Of a DNA stretch of 64,000 nucleotides, positions 16,524 through 33,300 are shown in pieces (positions within the stretch are counted from its first letter, which is position 1; each line of letters opens with the position of its first letter). This DNA comes from the human T2T-CHM13v2.0 reference genome, Homo sapiens. Both the position numbers and the translations under genes were made by a program. The notes beneath the pieces are model-generated. The model saw only the letters and a program-made list of their open reading frames with translations, did no database searches and was not told where the DNA came from. The DNA lies in assembly GCF_009914755.1 (NCBI RefSeq), contig NC_060931.1; one strand, written 5' to 3'.

Positions 16524-17853
16524 CGCTTACTTTCTTATATGTCTCCCCTGCCAAAAATATAAGCCTTGTAAGAAGGACATTCTCTGTCTTTACATTGCTA
16601 TAACCCCATAATTGAGAACAGTTTCATATAATTAACAGACACACAATGCATGTTTGTTAAGTGGATAATGGTTATATATGACAGGTGGAACTCTGGGCGA
16701 CTTTTATTTTTCTCTTATTATTCTTTATTCTTCATACTTTGCAATGCATATATATTACTTTTATAGTAAAAAAGTGCATTTTAAGACAAAAAATCTATAC
16801 AAATTTATCTATGGTATTGGTTTTCAAAGTTTTTAACAGCAAAACTTTTTTACAAAATCTCTGTGAAACTCCAGTATAACAGACATAAAGGCAGTATTTT
16901 CTTATCAATGTATTGTTAAACTCAGAAGATCATGACAGTTGCCTCTTATACAATCAACCAATAAAACAGAGAGGCTTTTTAAATGAAAAATTCACATTTT
17001 AAATTGAGAAATAGGGAGGAAAGTTTTTATTTAATAAAAGCCTCAGATGGCATTCACTTATTTTAATTTAGCTATTTAATATTGAGGAAAATCCTGATTC
17101 ACATAGATGGGTAGCTGCAAATGTAGTTTTAATAAGTCACCTGGTTTTATGATATTCTTACGTTGAATAGGACTTACAAGAGAAAAGTTATTTTTAAGTT
17201 TACACAATCACAAGTTAACCAAGATACACAAATTTTCACACTGGTGGTTTCTAATAAGTTTGGTTTCTAATACATTTGGGTATCATTTTTATCACAGCTC
17301 TAAATAGAGCAGAATGTATTTAAAATGCTAAATATGAATAAAACACTTGCACAGCCACTCAGGCATGTCCATGGAAGACTGCAGTTGCATGGATGATATT
17401 TTGAAAACCACATGGATATGCCTGCTACAACAACAGTTTAACACTTCATAGGCAGAGAAAAAAAGAGTAAAAAAATACATCAATATGTCAACAGTGGTTC
17501 CACCTGGGTGGCAGAATGCCTGGAGACTTTTATTCCTTCTTCTTGCTTTTCCGTATTTTCCAGGGACTTTTTTTTAATGGATGTATATTAATTTGTAATG
17601 GGAAAACAACTATTTTTAAAAAAGCCAGAAGCCATGCTCGATACACAGGAATGTCACAAATGTAATGTTGAGCTAAGAGGCCAGACACAATAGACCATTT
17701 TGTTCCTTTTACCTAAAATGCAAAAGCAGGAGAAGTGAATACACAGTGTTAGAAGTAAAGGTAGTGGCTGCTCTCCAGGAAGGCTGGGGATTTGAAAGGC
17801 ATCACACATCACCATTTCCAGGACTCAGAAATTCCAGTCATGTTCTGTTTCTT

Positions 17854-19851
17854 TCTTTCTTCCTCCCTCCCTCCCTTTCCTTCCTTTTCCTACTTCCTTC
17901 CTTCCTTCCCTCCTTCCCTCTTTCCTTCCTTCCCTCCTTCCTTCTCTCTCTCTTTCCTTTTTCTCCTTCCCTCCATCCTGTCCTCTCTCCTTCCCTTCCC
18001 TCCTTTCTTGTGTCATTTCTCTCTTTTTTACTCCTTCCTTCTCTCCCTCTTTCATTCCTTCCCCCCTTCTCCCTTGACTTCTTCCTTCCCTCCTTCCCTC
18101 TTTCCTTCCCTCCTTCCCTCCTTCCTTCCCTCCTTCCCTCTTTCCTTCCCTCTTTCCTTCCCTCCTTCCCTCTTTCCTTCCCTCCTTCCCTCTTTCCTTC
18201 CCTCCTTCCCTCCTTCCTTCCGTCCTTCCCTCCTTCCCTCCTTCCTTCCCTCCTTCCCTCCTTCCTTCCCTCCTTCCCTCTTTCCTTCCCTCCTTCCCTC
18301 TTTCCTTCCCTCCTTCCCTCCTTCCTTCCCTCCTTCCCTCCTTCCCTCCTTCCTTCCCTCCTTCCTTCCCTCCTTCCCTCTTTCCTTCCCTCCTTCCCTC
18401 CCTCCTTCCCTCCTTCCCTCCTTCCTTCCCTCTTTCCTTCCCTCCTTCCCTCCTTCCTTCCCTCCTTCCCTCTTTCCTTCCCTCCTTCCCTCCTTCCTTC
18501 CCTCCTTCCCTCTTTCCTTCCCTCCTTCCCTCCTTCCTTCCCTCCTTCCCTCTTTCCTTCCCTCTTTCCTTCCCTCCTTCCCTCTTTCCTTCCCTCTTTC
18601 CTTCCCTCCTTCCCTCTTTCCTTCCCTCCTTCCCTCTTTCCTTCCCTCCTTCCCTCTTTCCTTCCCTCCTTCCCTCCCTCCTTCCCTCCTTCCCTCCCTC
18701 CTTCCCTCCTTCCTTCCCTCCTTCCTTCCCTCCTTCCCTCCTTCCTTCCCTCCTTCCCTCCTTCCTTCCCTCCTTCCCTCCTTCCTTCCCTCCTTCCCTC
18801 CCTCCTTCCCTCCTTCCCTCCCTCCTTCCCTCCTTCCCTCCTTCCTTCCCTCCTTCCTTCCCTCCTTCCCTCCTTCCTTCCCTCCTTCCCTCCTTCCTTC
18901 CCTCCTTCCCTCTTTCCTTCCCTCCTTCCCTCCTTCCTTCCCTCCTTCCCTCTTTCCTTCCCTCCTTCCCTCTTTCCTTCCCTCCTTCCTTCCCTCCTTC
19001 CCTCTTTCCTTCCCTCTTTCCTTCCCTCCTTCCCTCTTTCCTTCCCTCCTTCCTTCCCTCCTTCCCTCTTTCCTTCCCTCCTTCCTTCCCTCCTTCCCTC
19101 CTTCCCTCTTTCCTTCCCTCTTTCCTTCCCTCCTTCCCTCTTTCCTTCCCTCTTTCCTTCCCTCCTTCCCTCTTTCCTTCCCTCCTTCCCTCTTTCCTTC
19201 CCTCCTTCCCTCTTTCCTTCCCTCCTTCCCTCCTTCCCTCTTTCCTTCCCTCCTTCCCTCCTTCCCTCCTTCCCTCTTTCCTTCCCTCCTTCCCTCTTTC
19301 CTTCCCTCCTTCCCTCTTTCCTTCCCTCCTTCCCTCTTTCCTTCCCTCCTTCCCTCTTTCCTTCCCTCCTTCCCTCTTTCCTTCCCTCCTTCCCTCCTTC
19401 CCTCCTTCCTTCCCTCCTTCCCTCTTTCCTTCCCTCCTTCCCTCCTTCCTTCCCTCCTTCCCTCTTTCCCTCTTTCCTTCCCTCCTTCCTTCCCTCCTTC
19501 CTTCCCTCCTTCCCTCTTTCCTTCCCTCCTTCCCTCCTTCCCTCTTTCCTTCCCTCCTTCCCTCTTTCCTTCCCTCTTTCCTTCCCTCCTTCCCTCTTTC
19601 CTTCCCTCCTTCCCTCTTTCCTTCCCTCCTTCCCTCTTTCCTTCCCTCCTTCCCTCCTTCCCTCTTTCCTTCCCTCTTTCCTTCCCTCCTTCCCTCTTTC
19701 CTTCCCTCCTTCCCTCCTTCCTTCCTTACATCCTTTCTTCCTCCCTTCCCTTCTCCCTTCCTTCCCTGCTTCCTTGCTTTTTTCCCTTCCCTTTCTTCCT
19801 TCCCTCCCTCTCTCCGCCCTCCGTTCCTCCCTCTCTCCCTCTCTTTCTCTT
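17854..19851. repeat. ~2-kb homopyrimidine/homopurine tandem array built from TTCC, CTCC and CTCT tetramers (8- and 12-nt higher-order units)
   Basis: Core 18080-19726 is pure C/T except one G at 18222. Confidence 0.98.
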
Positions 19852-19855
19852 TGCA

Positions 19856-20121
19856 AACAATCAATGGTTTTTAGTATATTCACAGACATGTGTATCACTG
19901 CAGTCAATATTAGAACATTTTCATCACCTCAGAAAAAAAGAAAACAAAAAACCCTCTCTACACTTTGGCTATCGGGCTCTTTATTCCCCAGCCCTAAGCA
20001 TCCATTACTCTACCAGCTGTCTCTATAGACTTGTCTATTCGGGGCATTTCAGAGAAATGGAATCCTACATGGCCCTTTGTCTCTGGATTCTCTCTCAAGC
20101 AAGCATGTTTTCAAGGCTTAG
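19856..20121 (-). mobile_element. L1MB-type 3' fragment
   Basis: TCAATGGTTTTTAGTATATTCACAGA...TTAGAACATTTTCATCACC...AAATGGAATC...GCATGTTTTCAAGG. Confidence 0.8.
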
Positions 20122-20660
20122 GTTCTGTTTCTTGACCTAGGGGCTGGTTATCCCACTTGGTGAAAATTGTCTGAGCTGTACAATATCCTTGGTACACTTT
20201 TCTGTACCTATGGGATACTTCAATCAAAAGTTCTAGATAATAAAAATTAAAACAAAGTCATAAGAGGGTGTTCCAGCAGCATCCCCCGAAGCCCTCGTTT
20301 CTGACGGTGGTCTCCCTTCTCCACCCTTCCAGGCCCTTCCCAGGCTTCCCATCACCTATCCCCTTTTGTCCTATGAAGAAGGACAACTGCAGGGACACAG
20401 TTTGCTTTTCTCATCTTCTTCCGTCTCCCCCTTCCAGCCATCCACCTCCTGCCTCCTACCAGGCTGCTGGGGCTTCTCCAGAACGGCCTCCCCTTGAGGC
20501 ATGCCTGCAGTTCCATTTTTCCTGTTCTTCCCCACCCCACCCTAATCAAGCTTCTCTATGGTGTACTCCATCCCTCGGGAGTGTTGGTGAATGTGAAGAA
20601 TAAATTATTTTGTGCTAAGATTTTGTGCTGTCAGAGTAATCTTTCTAAAGTGAACATTTA

Positions 20661-21345
20661 GGCTGGGTGTGGTGGCTCAAACCTGTAACCCCAGCACTTT
20701 GGGAGGCTGCATTGTTTCGTTTTCATACTGCTACAAAGAACTGCCCAAGACTGGTAATTTATAAAGGAAAGAGGTTTCATTGCCTCACGGTTCAGCATGG
20801 CTGGGGAGGCCTCAGGAAACTTACAATCATGGGGGAAGGCGAAGGGGGAGCAGGCACCTTATTCACAAGGAGGTAGGAAAAAGACTGAACTCAGGAGGAA
20901 CTACCAAACACTTAAAAAAACAGCAGATCTCATAAGAACTCACTATCACAAGAAAAGTATGGAGGAAACCACCCCCATGTTTCAATTATTTAATACCTCC
21001 ACCTGGTCTCTCCCTTGACACGTCATGATTATGGGGATTACAATGCAAGATGAGATTTGGGATAGGGACAGAGCCAAACCATATCAGATGCTGAGGTGGG
21101 AGGATCCCTTGAGCCCAGGAGTTCAAGACCAGCCTGGGAAAGATGATGAGCCCCGGTCTCCAGAAAAAAATTAAAAAAAAAATTAGCTGGGATGGTGGTA
21201 CAAGCTTGTGGTCCCAGCTACTTGGGAGGCTGAGGCAGGGGGATCCTTTAACCCAGGAGTTCAAGGCTGTAGTGAGCTATGATTGTACCACTGCACTCTA
21301 GCCTGGATGACAGAGCAAGACCCTATCTCTAAAAAAATAAGTAAA
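20661..21345 (+). mobile_element. AluJ split by a THE1 LTR
   Basis: 5' 47 bp at 20661-20707; remainder at 21087-21345. Confidence 0.88.
20708..21086 (-). mobile_element. THE1-family solo LTR
   Basis: TGCATTG...GTAATTTATAAAGGAAAGAGGTT...GCCAAACCATATCA; 5-bp TSD GAGGC/GATGC. Confidence 0.88.
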
Positions 21346-22346
21346 ATGAACTGAAATGAAAATTTGATTGTGACACTCCTAATGAAATCATTCAAAGGGT
21401 TCGTATTGCCAACAAAACTAACTTAGGCTCCCTATAGCCTAATTCTCCAGGCTGGCCCCAACCTGACCCTTTCCCACCTCTCCAGACCTCAGTCTCTGCA
21501 CCTCTTTTCCCTTCCTTTCCAGGCTCCAGAGAAGCTGGGCCAGGTAGAGTTCCTCAAACCCATTACTCTGTTGCACACACCACTGCTTTTGCTGTAACTT
21601 TTCCTTCTGCCTAAAACACTTTTCCCGCCCATTCCCTTCCTATTAACAATGTGTGACTCAGCTAAAATACATACTGCTGACTCTCAGATGGAGCTCCATT
21701 TTGCCTTTTATTTCAGCAAGAAAGGAGAGATCACATGCAAAGCATCTCTCCTGTGTCTCCTGACTTTGGGCAAATGAACTTACTCCTATCATAGTTCAGG
21801 GTACCCATCTGCAAAATGATGATGATCCAAGAAACGACTCGATAGGTCTGTAGCAAGAATTAAATTAGATAACACACCTAGAGCACGAAAAACAAGGCCT
21901 GGTACATCACGAATGTTCTATGAATGTTAGCTATCGCTGCAAAATATCATTGCATGTGCTTGTTCCTATTGACGGTCCCTGCTGCTAAAATAGGAGTCCT
22001 TGAGTTATGGCTTATTCATCTAACTTGCCGGCAGATGAGGTGACAGCCGGTGATGGGGTCAGGCCTGGGTTTGAATTAACTTTCTTCCACGTATTAGCTG
22101 AGCCAGTTTCTACATCTCTCAAATGGAAATATGATAGTGTTGTGCAGAGAATTAAAGAAGATGATGATAGAGAGCTCTTGGCACGTTTTCTGGCCCACAT
22201 TAAAAGCACAATAAACTGTTTCATGTAAGACTTAAGACCCGACTCGTAATAGATGCTTGATGAATAACCGTTTTTTATGGCTCCTAGATATCTGATTATT
22301 TTCCAATTCAAATCCATGTTTCCTTTGCTGTTAAATACCAGAGAGG

Positions 22347-22645
22347 GGCCGGGCACGGTGACTCATGCCTGTAATCCCAGCACTTTGGGAGGCCAAGGCG
22401 GGCAGATAAGGAGGTCAGGAGATGGAGACCATCCTGGCTAACAGTGAAACCCATCGCTACTAAAAATACAAAAAATTAACCAGGCGTGGTGGCAGGCACC
22501 TGTAATCCCAGCTACTCGGGAGGCTGAGGCAGGGGAATTGCCTGAACCCACGAGGTGGAGGACTGCAGTGAGCGGAGACTGTGGCACTGCACTCCAGCCT
22601 GGGCAACAGAGCAACACACCGTCTCAAAAAAAAAAAAAAAAAATA
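22347..22645 (+). mobile_element. AluY/Sc-like
   Basis: TSD AAATACCAGAG. Confidence 0.93.
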
Positions 22646-22813
22646 CCAGAGGGGGGAAGAATCTACCCAATAGATATGACATGGAAGAACTGAAGGACTA
22701 TGACTAAGGAGAGTCCCAGCCCCCATTGAAACTATTCCAAAATATCTTCATCTTCAATCAATGCATTGGGGGTACCATAGAAGACGACCTATCTTAATAT
22801 TCAGATATTTCTA

Positions 22814-23105
22814 GGCCTGGCATAGTAGCTCACGCCTGCAATCCCAGTGCTTTAGGAGGCTGACAGGATTGCTTGAGGCCAGGAACTCAAGACCAGCAGG
22901 GGCAGCAAAGCGAGACTCCATCACTACAAAGAATAAAAAATGAGCCAGGCCTGGTGGCACACACCTATAGTCCCAGCTACTCAGGAAGCTGAGGCTGGAG
23001 GATCACTTGAACCCAAGAGTTGGAGGCCTCAATGAGTTATGATTATACCACTGCACTCCAGCCTGGGCAACACAGCAAGACTCTGACTCCTAAGAAAACA
23101 TAAAA
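22814..23105 (+). mobile_element. AluJ
   Basis: TSD TATTTCTA. Confidence 0.9.
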
Positions 23106-23602
23106 ATAAAGAAAAGGTATTTCTAAATAACCAGTCTATCAACCAGTCAGTAGTGATGATGCAAAATACCTTAACACAAAACTGCTTGTGGGCCACCTTC
23201 CACATGGAGAAAATCCTTGAGAGAAACTTTTGATTGTGGAGTCCACAAAACAGAAACGCTCAAGAAAGCCTCACTCTCAGGACCCTCCTTGCTGTGGGCT
23301 CTGCCCTCATTTCACAGGGCTTGTGATCAACCTGCTGACGAATTTCTGCTCAGAATGAAAATCACTCTGAAGACGTGGGTCCGTTCTGGCAGTAACCCTG
23401 CTACCACTAAGACACATTCCATCCTGCCTCTTATAATTGCTAATGCATTGCGTGTCCTAATTAAAAACAACTAAACATTTGTTCAGACGTTATCTTTGTT
23501 CTCCGCTCTAGCAAGTTGTCCGGGACAGTCCACTCTGGCCTCAAAGCTGGAGACAGGAAGTGGCAGTTCTTGGACATCAAGGAATTTTCTGAATTATTTG
23601 CT

Positions 23603-24350
23603 GTGTGTCTTAACCTGGGTTCCCTAAACAAAGAAGCCTCAGGCAAAACTTTATGGGTCAGAGAAGGCACATCTACAGAAGCAGAAAATAGATTAGTGGT
23701 TGCCTGGGGCTGGGAGTGAGAACGGGAAATGACTGCAAATGGGCTTGAGGATGTGTTTTTGGGGTGATGGAAATCTACTCAAATTGGATTTCGGTGAGGG
23801 ATGCGCATTGCTGTAGATTTTATGGTATGTAAATGATACTTAATAAATTACACTTCAATAAAGCTGTTGGGGGAAAAAAAGAAAAGTGTATGAGCTAATG
23901 TTTATTTGGGGAATAGCATTGCAGAAAGGCAAGAGTGATGGTATAGGGTTGAGTTGGGGACAGAGGGGATGGCAGCTCTGAGAAGTGTTGCCACAAGGCT
24001 CTGTGACCAGCTGTGTCTACTCAGCAATGCACTCCACTCCAGTGCTGTGTGCTCCAAACAGGGAGGGAGAAGGATGCACCCACCACGCTCAGGTCCCCCT
24101 GCATTATTGGGTTATGCATGAGCCCAGAGAGAGCTCCGTAGCTTCTTGCATTTCAGGGGCAACCTTAAAGTGAGAGACCAGGGCTACGAGGCAAAGGCGC
24201 TGTTGTGGCATTTGCTCAGCAAGCTGAGGGTGGAGTAGAGACCCCTGCAGTGAGCCCTTGGTCTAGGCAGGGGGTACCCAACAAGACAGCCACAGGAGGA
24301 GCACAGGCCTCGCTAGCTCCACCCCAGCAAGTGCACCAATCTGGGCAGAT
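23603..24350 (+). mobile_element. Ancient ERVL LTR (LTR33/40/41-like) split by an L1M 3' fragment (23660-23880)
   Basis: TGTGTCTTAACCTGGGTTCCC...TTTATTTGGGG start; L1M motif AGATTAGTGGTTGCCTGGGG...AATAAAGCTGTT. Confidence 0.5.
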
Positions 24351-24473
24351 TCCCCAGCTCAACCCTGTCTACTATGCAATGAATGATGCACAAACAGTTT
24401 GGTGACAAGGTGTTTACCACCATAACTATTGACTAGTTAATGTGCTACCTTCTTTATAAATATTTGTATATTA

Positions 24474-24910
24474 GGCTGGGTGCAGTGGCTCACGCCTGTA
24501 ATCCCAGCACTTTGGGAGGCCTAGGCAGACGGATTGCCTGAGGTCAGGAGTTTGACACCAGCCTGGCCAACATGATGAAACCCTGTCTCTACTAAAAATA
24601 TAAGAATTAGCTGGGTGTGGTGGCACACGCCTGTAGTCCTAGCTACTCAGGAGGCTGAGGCAGGAGAATCACTTCAACCAGGAGGTGGAGGCTGCAGTGA
24701 GCCAAGATCGCTCCACTGCACTCCAGCCTGGGAGACAGAGCAGGACTCCATCTCAGAAAAAAAAAGAAAAAGAAGAGAAAGAAAAAAGAAATATCTGCAT
24801 ATTAAGATAGGTCTTTTGAGGACTTTGAGGCTGCAGTGAGCTATGATTGCACCACTGCACTCCAGCCTGGGTGACAGAGCGAGATCTTGTCTCAAGAAAA
24901 GAAAAAAAAA
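24474..24910 (+). mobile_element. AluS (24474-24790) plus 5'-truncated Alu 3' fragment (24825-24910)
   Basis: Second fragment flanked by ATAGGTCTT. Confidence 0.9.
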
Positions 24911-24925
24911 TAGGTCTTCTACAAT

Positions 24926-25439
24926 CAGGGGTCCCCAACCACCAGGCAGTGACCTATTAGGAGCCGAGCCGCACAGCAGGAGGTGAGTGAGGGGTGCAGA
25001 AGTGAAGCTTCATATCTGTATTTACAGCCACTCCCCGCCGCTCGCATTCCCGCCTGAGCTCCACCTCCTGTCAAATCACTGCAGCATTAGATTCTCATAG
25101 GAGCACAAAACCTACTGTGAACTGTGCATGCAAGGGATCTAGGTTGCACACTCCTTATGAGGATCTAATGCCTAATGATCTGTCACCGTCTCCCATCACT
25201 CCCAGATAGGACTATCTAGTTGCAGGAAAACAAGCTCAGGGCTCCCACTGATTCTACATGATGATGAGTTGTATGATTATTTCATTATATTAACAATGTA
25301 ATCATAATAGAAATAAAGTGCACAATAAATGGAATGCACATGAATCATCCCAAAACCATCCGACATCCCCCACTGCTCCATGGGAAAAAGCATCTTCCAT
25401 GAAACCAGTCCCTGGTGGCAAAAGGGCTGCGGACCACTG
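24926..25439 (+). mobile_element. MER1A (hAT-Charlie)
   Basis: CAGGGGTCCCCAACC...GCATTAGATTCTCATAGGAGC...GAAACCAGTCCCTGGTG...GGACCACTG, ~515 bp. Confidence 0.9.
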
Positions 25440-25574
25440 GTCTACATGCTAACATCAATGCATGACTGAAGATGAGGATTGCAGATGTGGCTACATCACC
25501 ACACCATGTCACCTCTCCAGAAGCCTGACCCAGGCAGAAATGCAAACTTGCCTCACCACCTCTGTTGAACATTA

Positions 25575-25925
<351 letters not shown>

Positions 25926-25949
25926 TCATTTCAATCCCGTAATACTGCA

Positions 25950-26385
25950 AAAGACTTGAAATAAAGACAGCTCCACACGGAGCTACTGCCTTCGTACAGC
26001 AGCTGTGGATGGACCCAGCTAGGATCTCCCTGCAAAAAAGAATTCCCTGCTGCACGAGGCCTTTGGGATTCACTCAGTGTTGAGCCACAGCCACGTCCTC
26101 CCCAGGCAGCCCCCAGCCAGTGACTGGGCTGGCCATGGGACTTGGTCCCGGCCACTTCTACCCAACACAGGATTCCTCTAATGGGCAATCTTTGCTGCAG
26201 AGGTAAGCATGGGTCGGACCAAGGCTTTGTCAGATCTGCATGGGAATCTGAGACTCCTCCTGTTCAGTTCTACTTCCAGGCCATTCAATTTCACAGCCAT
26301 TATTATAATACTTCCTCCCTCCCCACCAATAAACCTTGCACACTTGATCTCAACATCTGCCTCCAGAAAGACCCAACTAACAAAC
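25950..26385 (-). mobile_element. Ancient ERVL LTR-like fragment
   Basis: Minus strand TGTTAGTTGGGTCTTTCTGGAGGCAGATGTTGAGAT...AAGGTTTATTGG resembles LTR33/40/41 5' ends. Confidence 0.4.
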
Positions 26386-26408
26386 TTGTTGACCTTAAAT
26401 ATCACTGG

Positions 26409-26700
26409 GGCTGGGCGGGGTAGCTCACATCTATAATCTTAATGCATTAGGAGGCTGATGGGGGAGGACTGCTTGAGGCCAGGAGTTCGAGACCAGCTTG
26501 GGCAATACAGTGAGACTCTGACTCTACAAAAAATAATAATAATAAATTTAACATAACTGAGCGTGGTGGTGTGCACCTGTAGTCCCAGATACTCGGGAGG
26601 CCTAAGCAGGAGGATCACTGGAGCCCAGAAGTCTGAGCTATGATTGTACCACTGCACTCCAGCCTGGATGACACAAGACCCTATGTCTTAAAAAAAAAAA
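26409..26700 (+). mobile_element. AluJ
   Basis: Alu dimer with J-type diagnostics. Confidence 0.9.
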
Positions 26701-27029
26701 TTAAAGATAAATAAATACATATATCTTTCATAGGTCTGGGGATTAGGAGGTGGCATCTTTGGAGAAGCCATAATTCTGCGTATCATAGGGTGCATCCCAA
26801 GCGTAAGGTACCCTGACCCTAGGGAGGTGGAGAAGAGTCAGCGTGGGGCCAGTGGCTCTCTAAGCTCTTGTCACCTTCTGTCCCCTTCACCTGCCTTCTC
26901 ACTCCTGAGGTCTAGACATAGAGAACAGTTATTGAACCAGATACACCTCTGATCCCAAAATAAAGCAGGGGACAGTGAAGCTGAGTGGTCCCCTGAGCTC
27001 TTTCTCCAAAAGAGACAACTTCACAGCAT

Positions 27030-27311
27030 TGTTTTTTGGTGGGGGAGACAGGGTCTTGCTCTGTCACCCAGGCTGGAGTTCAGTAGCACAATCACGGCTT
27101 ACAGCAGACTCAACTTCTCCACCTGAAGTGATCCTCCTGCCTCAGCCTCCTGAGTAGCTGGGAGTACAGGCACATGCCACCACATCCACTGATTTTTTTA
27201 AGAGATGGGGTCTTGCTATGTTGCCCAGACTGGTCTCAAACTCCTGGGCTCAAGTGATCCTCTCACCTCCCAAAGTGCTGGGATTACAGGTGTGAGCCAT
27301 CACATCCGGCC
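27030..27311 (-). mobile_element. AluJ
   Basis: Antisense Alu; TSD-like CAGCATT. Confidence 0.9.
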
Positions 27312-27968
27312 TTCAGCATTTTTAAACCCATGTGTGAATGTGACAAGATGTTAAGAGGCAATAGAGAAAATACAAGAAAGGATTAAGAAAAGTGCCTTTT
27401 TGGGGGTCTGCTTCCCCACGGACCAAGGTGCAGGCATTGTCCCACACCCAAACTCCCCCTAAGGGCTCTAGTCTCTGCTGTAGGACGTGGCTAAATGGAC
27501 AAGAGGGTTCCTGGAGACCAAGCACACCCCAGCCACTCCCCTGTCCTAGGTAGCACAGCACTGTACCCCAGTGAGTAACAGGACTCAGGAGCCTCGGGGT
27601 GGAGGCAGGTCTGGGCCTGGGCATCTTGCCTCTTGGAGTATGACTAACACCAGCCCCAAACATGATTATAGAAAACAACTCTATAAAGCCCTGGTCCATG
27701 CCAATAAAGCGCTCTCCCTGGCCCTGACATCACCGCTTCTATAGCAACCAGTTGCTCTTCAAAGAGCAAAGTGTGGGAGAGTGCAAAACAGAGTCAAAAC
27801 TGAAGACACTAAGTCGTGCCAGATGAAGAAATGGGCCAGAAAGCTACATCAGAGTTCAGAGATTGTCATCAGAGAAGGTCTAGGGGAAGAAGGACGATTT
27901 CACAGGCATCTCTAGGGTCCAAACCAGAAAGGCCCAACTGACAAACTTGGTGACCTTAAATATCACTG

Positions 27969-28745
<777 letters not shown>

Positions 28746-29494
28746 TGCTTTGGGTAACCAAAGCAACAATGAAGTGCCCAGCTCAGTAGCCTGTTATTGT
28801 GATTTGTTGCTTTTTCTGTTGTGTGGGGTGAGGAATTGAGTGAGAATCTCTAACCTGACCATGTAGAGGACGCCATGCTTGAAGAAGTTTCCAAAACCGA
28901 AACATCACTTTGCTTTAGTATACAATGTCTAAGTAAACATAATTGTCCTTCAAAGAAGAGAAAACCATTAATCCACTCAATGGGAACCCTGGGAGAGTAG
29001 GGACTAGGTGGTCATTAAGACCTTCTTATGGACGTTAATGAATGTGACCCTATAAAACAATGACTGGTAAAGCACTATGTCCAAAGCACGGTTTTCCTCT
29101 GAAGGAGAAGTGCCTCATTATCCATTCTGTAGCACCTAGGCTATCTTCATCTAATCTGATCTGGCCGGCAGGTAAAAAGTCATGGAGTTCAGGAAGGGGC
29201 TGGGTAGGAGAGATGCAAATTGTGTACTCCCAAGAGTGACAGAGTGCAGGGAACTGCAGATGCCATGAGAAGCACACCCCTGAAACAGGAAACTGCACCC
29301 TACCTGAATTACCCCACTCTTGACTCTGACAACTAACAACATGCATTTTTTGGGAATATGTATTCATTAAATAAGCACTCAGCCATTGTATTTCTCAATT
29401 ACCTCTAGTGACCCTAAGATCTGACCACGGGCATAGAAGAGGAAAAATTCTTCCCTAGTGACAGCCAGCTGTAACTGAGTCAAATGCCCGTCAT

Positions 29495-29797
29495 TTTTTC
29501 TTCATTTTCTTAAGAGACAAGGTCTTGCTCTGTTGCCCAAGGCTGGAGTGCAGTGGCATGATCATATCTCACTGTAACCTTAAAATCCTGGGCTAAAGTG
29601 ATCCTCCAACTTCAGCCTAATGAGCAGCTAGGACTACAGGTGCATTCCACCACAACTGGCTAATTTTTCTTTTTATTTTTTGTAGAGATGGGGTCTTGCT
29701 GTGTTGCCCAGGCTGATCTCAAACTCCTGGCCTCAAGTGATCCTCCTGCCCCAGCCTCTCAAAGTGCTGGCATTACAGGCATGAGCCACTGTACCTG
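29495..29797 (-). mobile_element. AluJ
   Basis: Antisense Alu. Confidence 0.9.
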
Positions 29798-29897
29798 TTA
29801 AGATGCTCTTCATTTAAGAGTCAACTGAATTTCAGAATCAATCAGAGGTGCAACATGTAGTACTCCTTGATACAATTTCCCATTAAAATCCATGAAG

Positions 29898-30017
29898 ATA
29901 CACATGCGCGCACACACACACACGCACACACACCCTTGCACACACATGCATACACATGCAATGCACACACACGCACGTGCACACATACACACAAGCATGC
30001 ACGCACACACACACACA
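29898..30017. repeat. Imperfect (CA)n/(CG) alternating purine-pyrimidine tract
   Basis: CACATGCGCGCACACACACACACGCAC... Confidence 0.95.
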
Positions 30018-30286
30018 GAGGCAGTAGAATAGGAAACTGCATATAATAGAATTTCCTATGCAAATAGGAGACATTTCAATGGCTGAACTGTCAATAGGGT
30101 CAGTTCAAGAGACAAAATCCTGGAATGAACAAGAGCTACCTTCTAAACCAGAACTGCATCGATGATATCAAAGGATGCAGAAAAACACATTGATTAGCCT
30201 CCTATAAAAAAAAATTCAACCTCACTAGTAGTCAAAGTAAAACAAAACTCCAGTCTTATTTGAAGCAACCAAATTGGCAACAATTT

Positions 30287-31397
<1,111 letters not shown>

Positions 31398-31482
31398 CTA
31401 AAACCATAAACATGATGTTGGCGAAAGGGTGGTGAAAGGGGAGTATTTTTCACACGGTTAGTAGGAGTGGAAACAGAACTGA

Positions 31483-31833
<351 letters not shown>

Positions 31834-31872
31834 TAGGACCAGGAAAAACTGGAAATAAAGCTGAGTGGCTGA

Positions 31873-32889
<1,017 letters not shown>

Positions 32890-33002
32890 GGTGCCTCATT
32901 TGGAGGAGTCAGTGCTGGTTTTTCACCCACCTCTCAGGATCTTGCTTGACACAATCAGAGACCCCCGTGGCCAGAAATCACAAGCTAAAAAGAAAGGGAG
33001 AA

Positions 33003-33300
<298 letters not shown>

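Larger units (their letters stand above)
17620..20255 (+). mobile_element. L1ME/MC 3' end split by an antisense L1MB and its expanded tail
   Basis: Pieces 17620-17853 and 20122-20255 join through the duplicated GTTCTGTTTCTT. Confidence 0.65.

Noticed and set aside
17746-20140. Four ORFs of 679-782 aa (P/S/F/L-rich and E/G/R/K-rich)
   Set aside because: A pure C/T (or G/A) tract cannot contain stop codons, so all frames are open on both strands. No domain, promoter or splice support.
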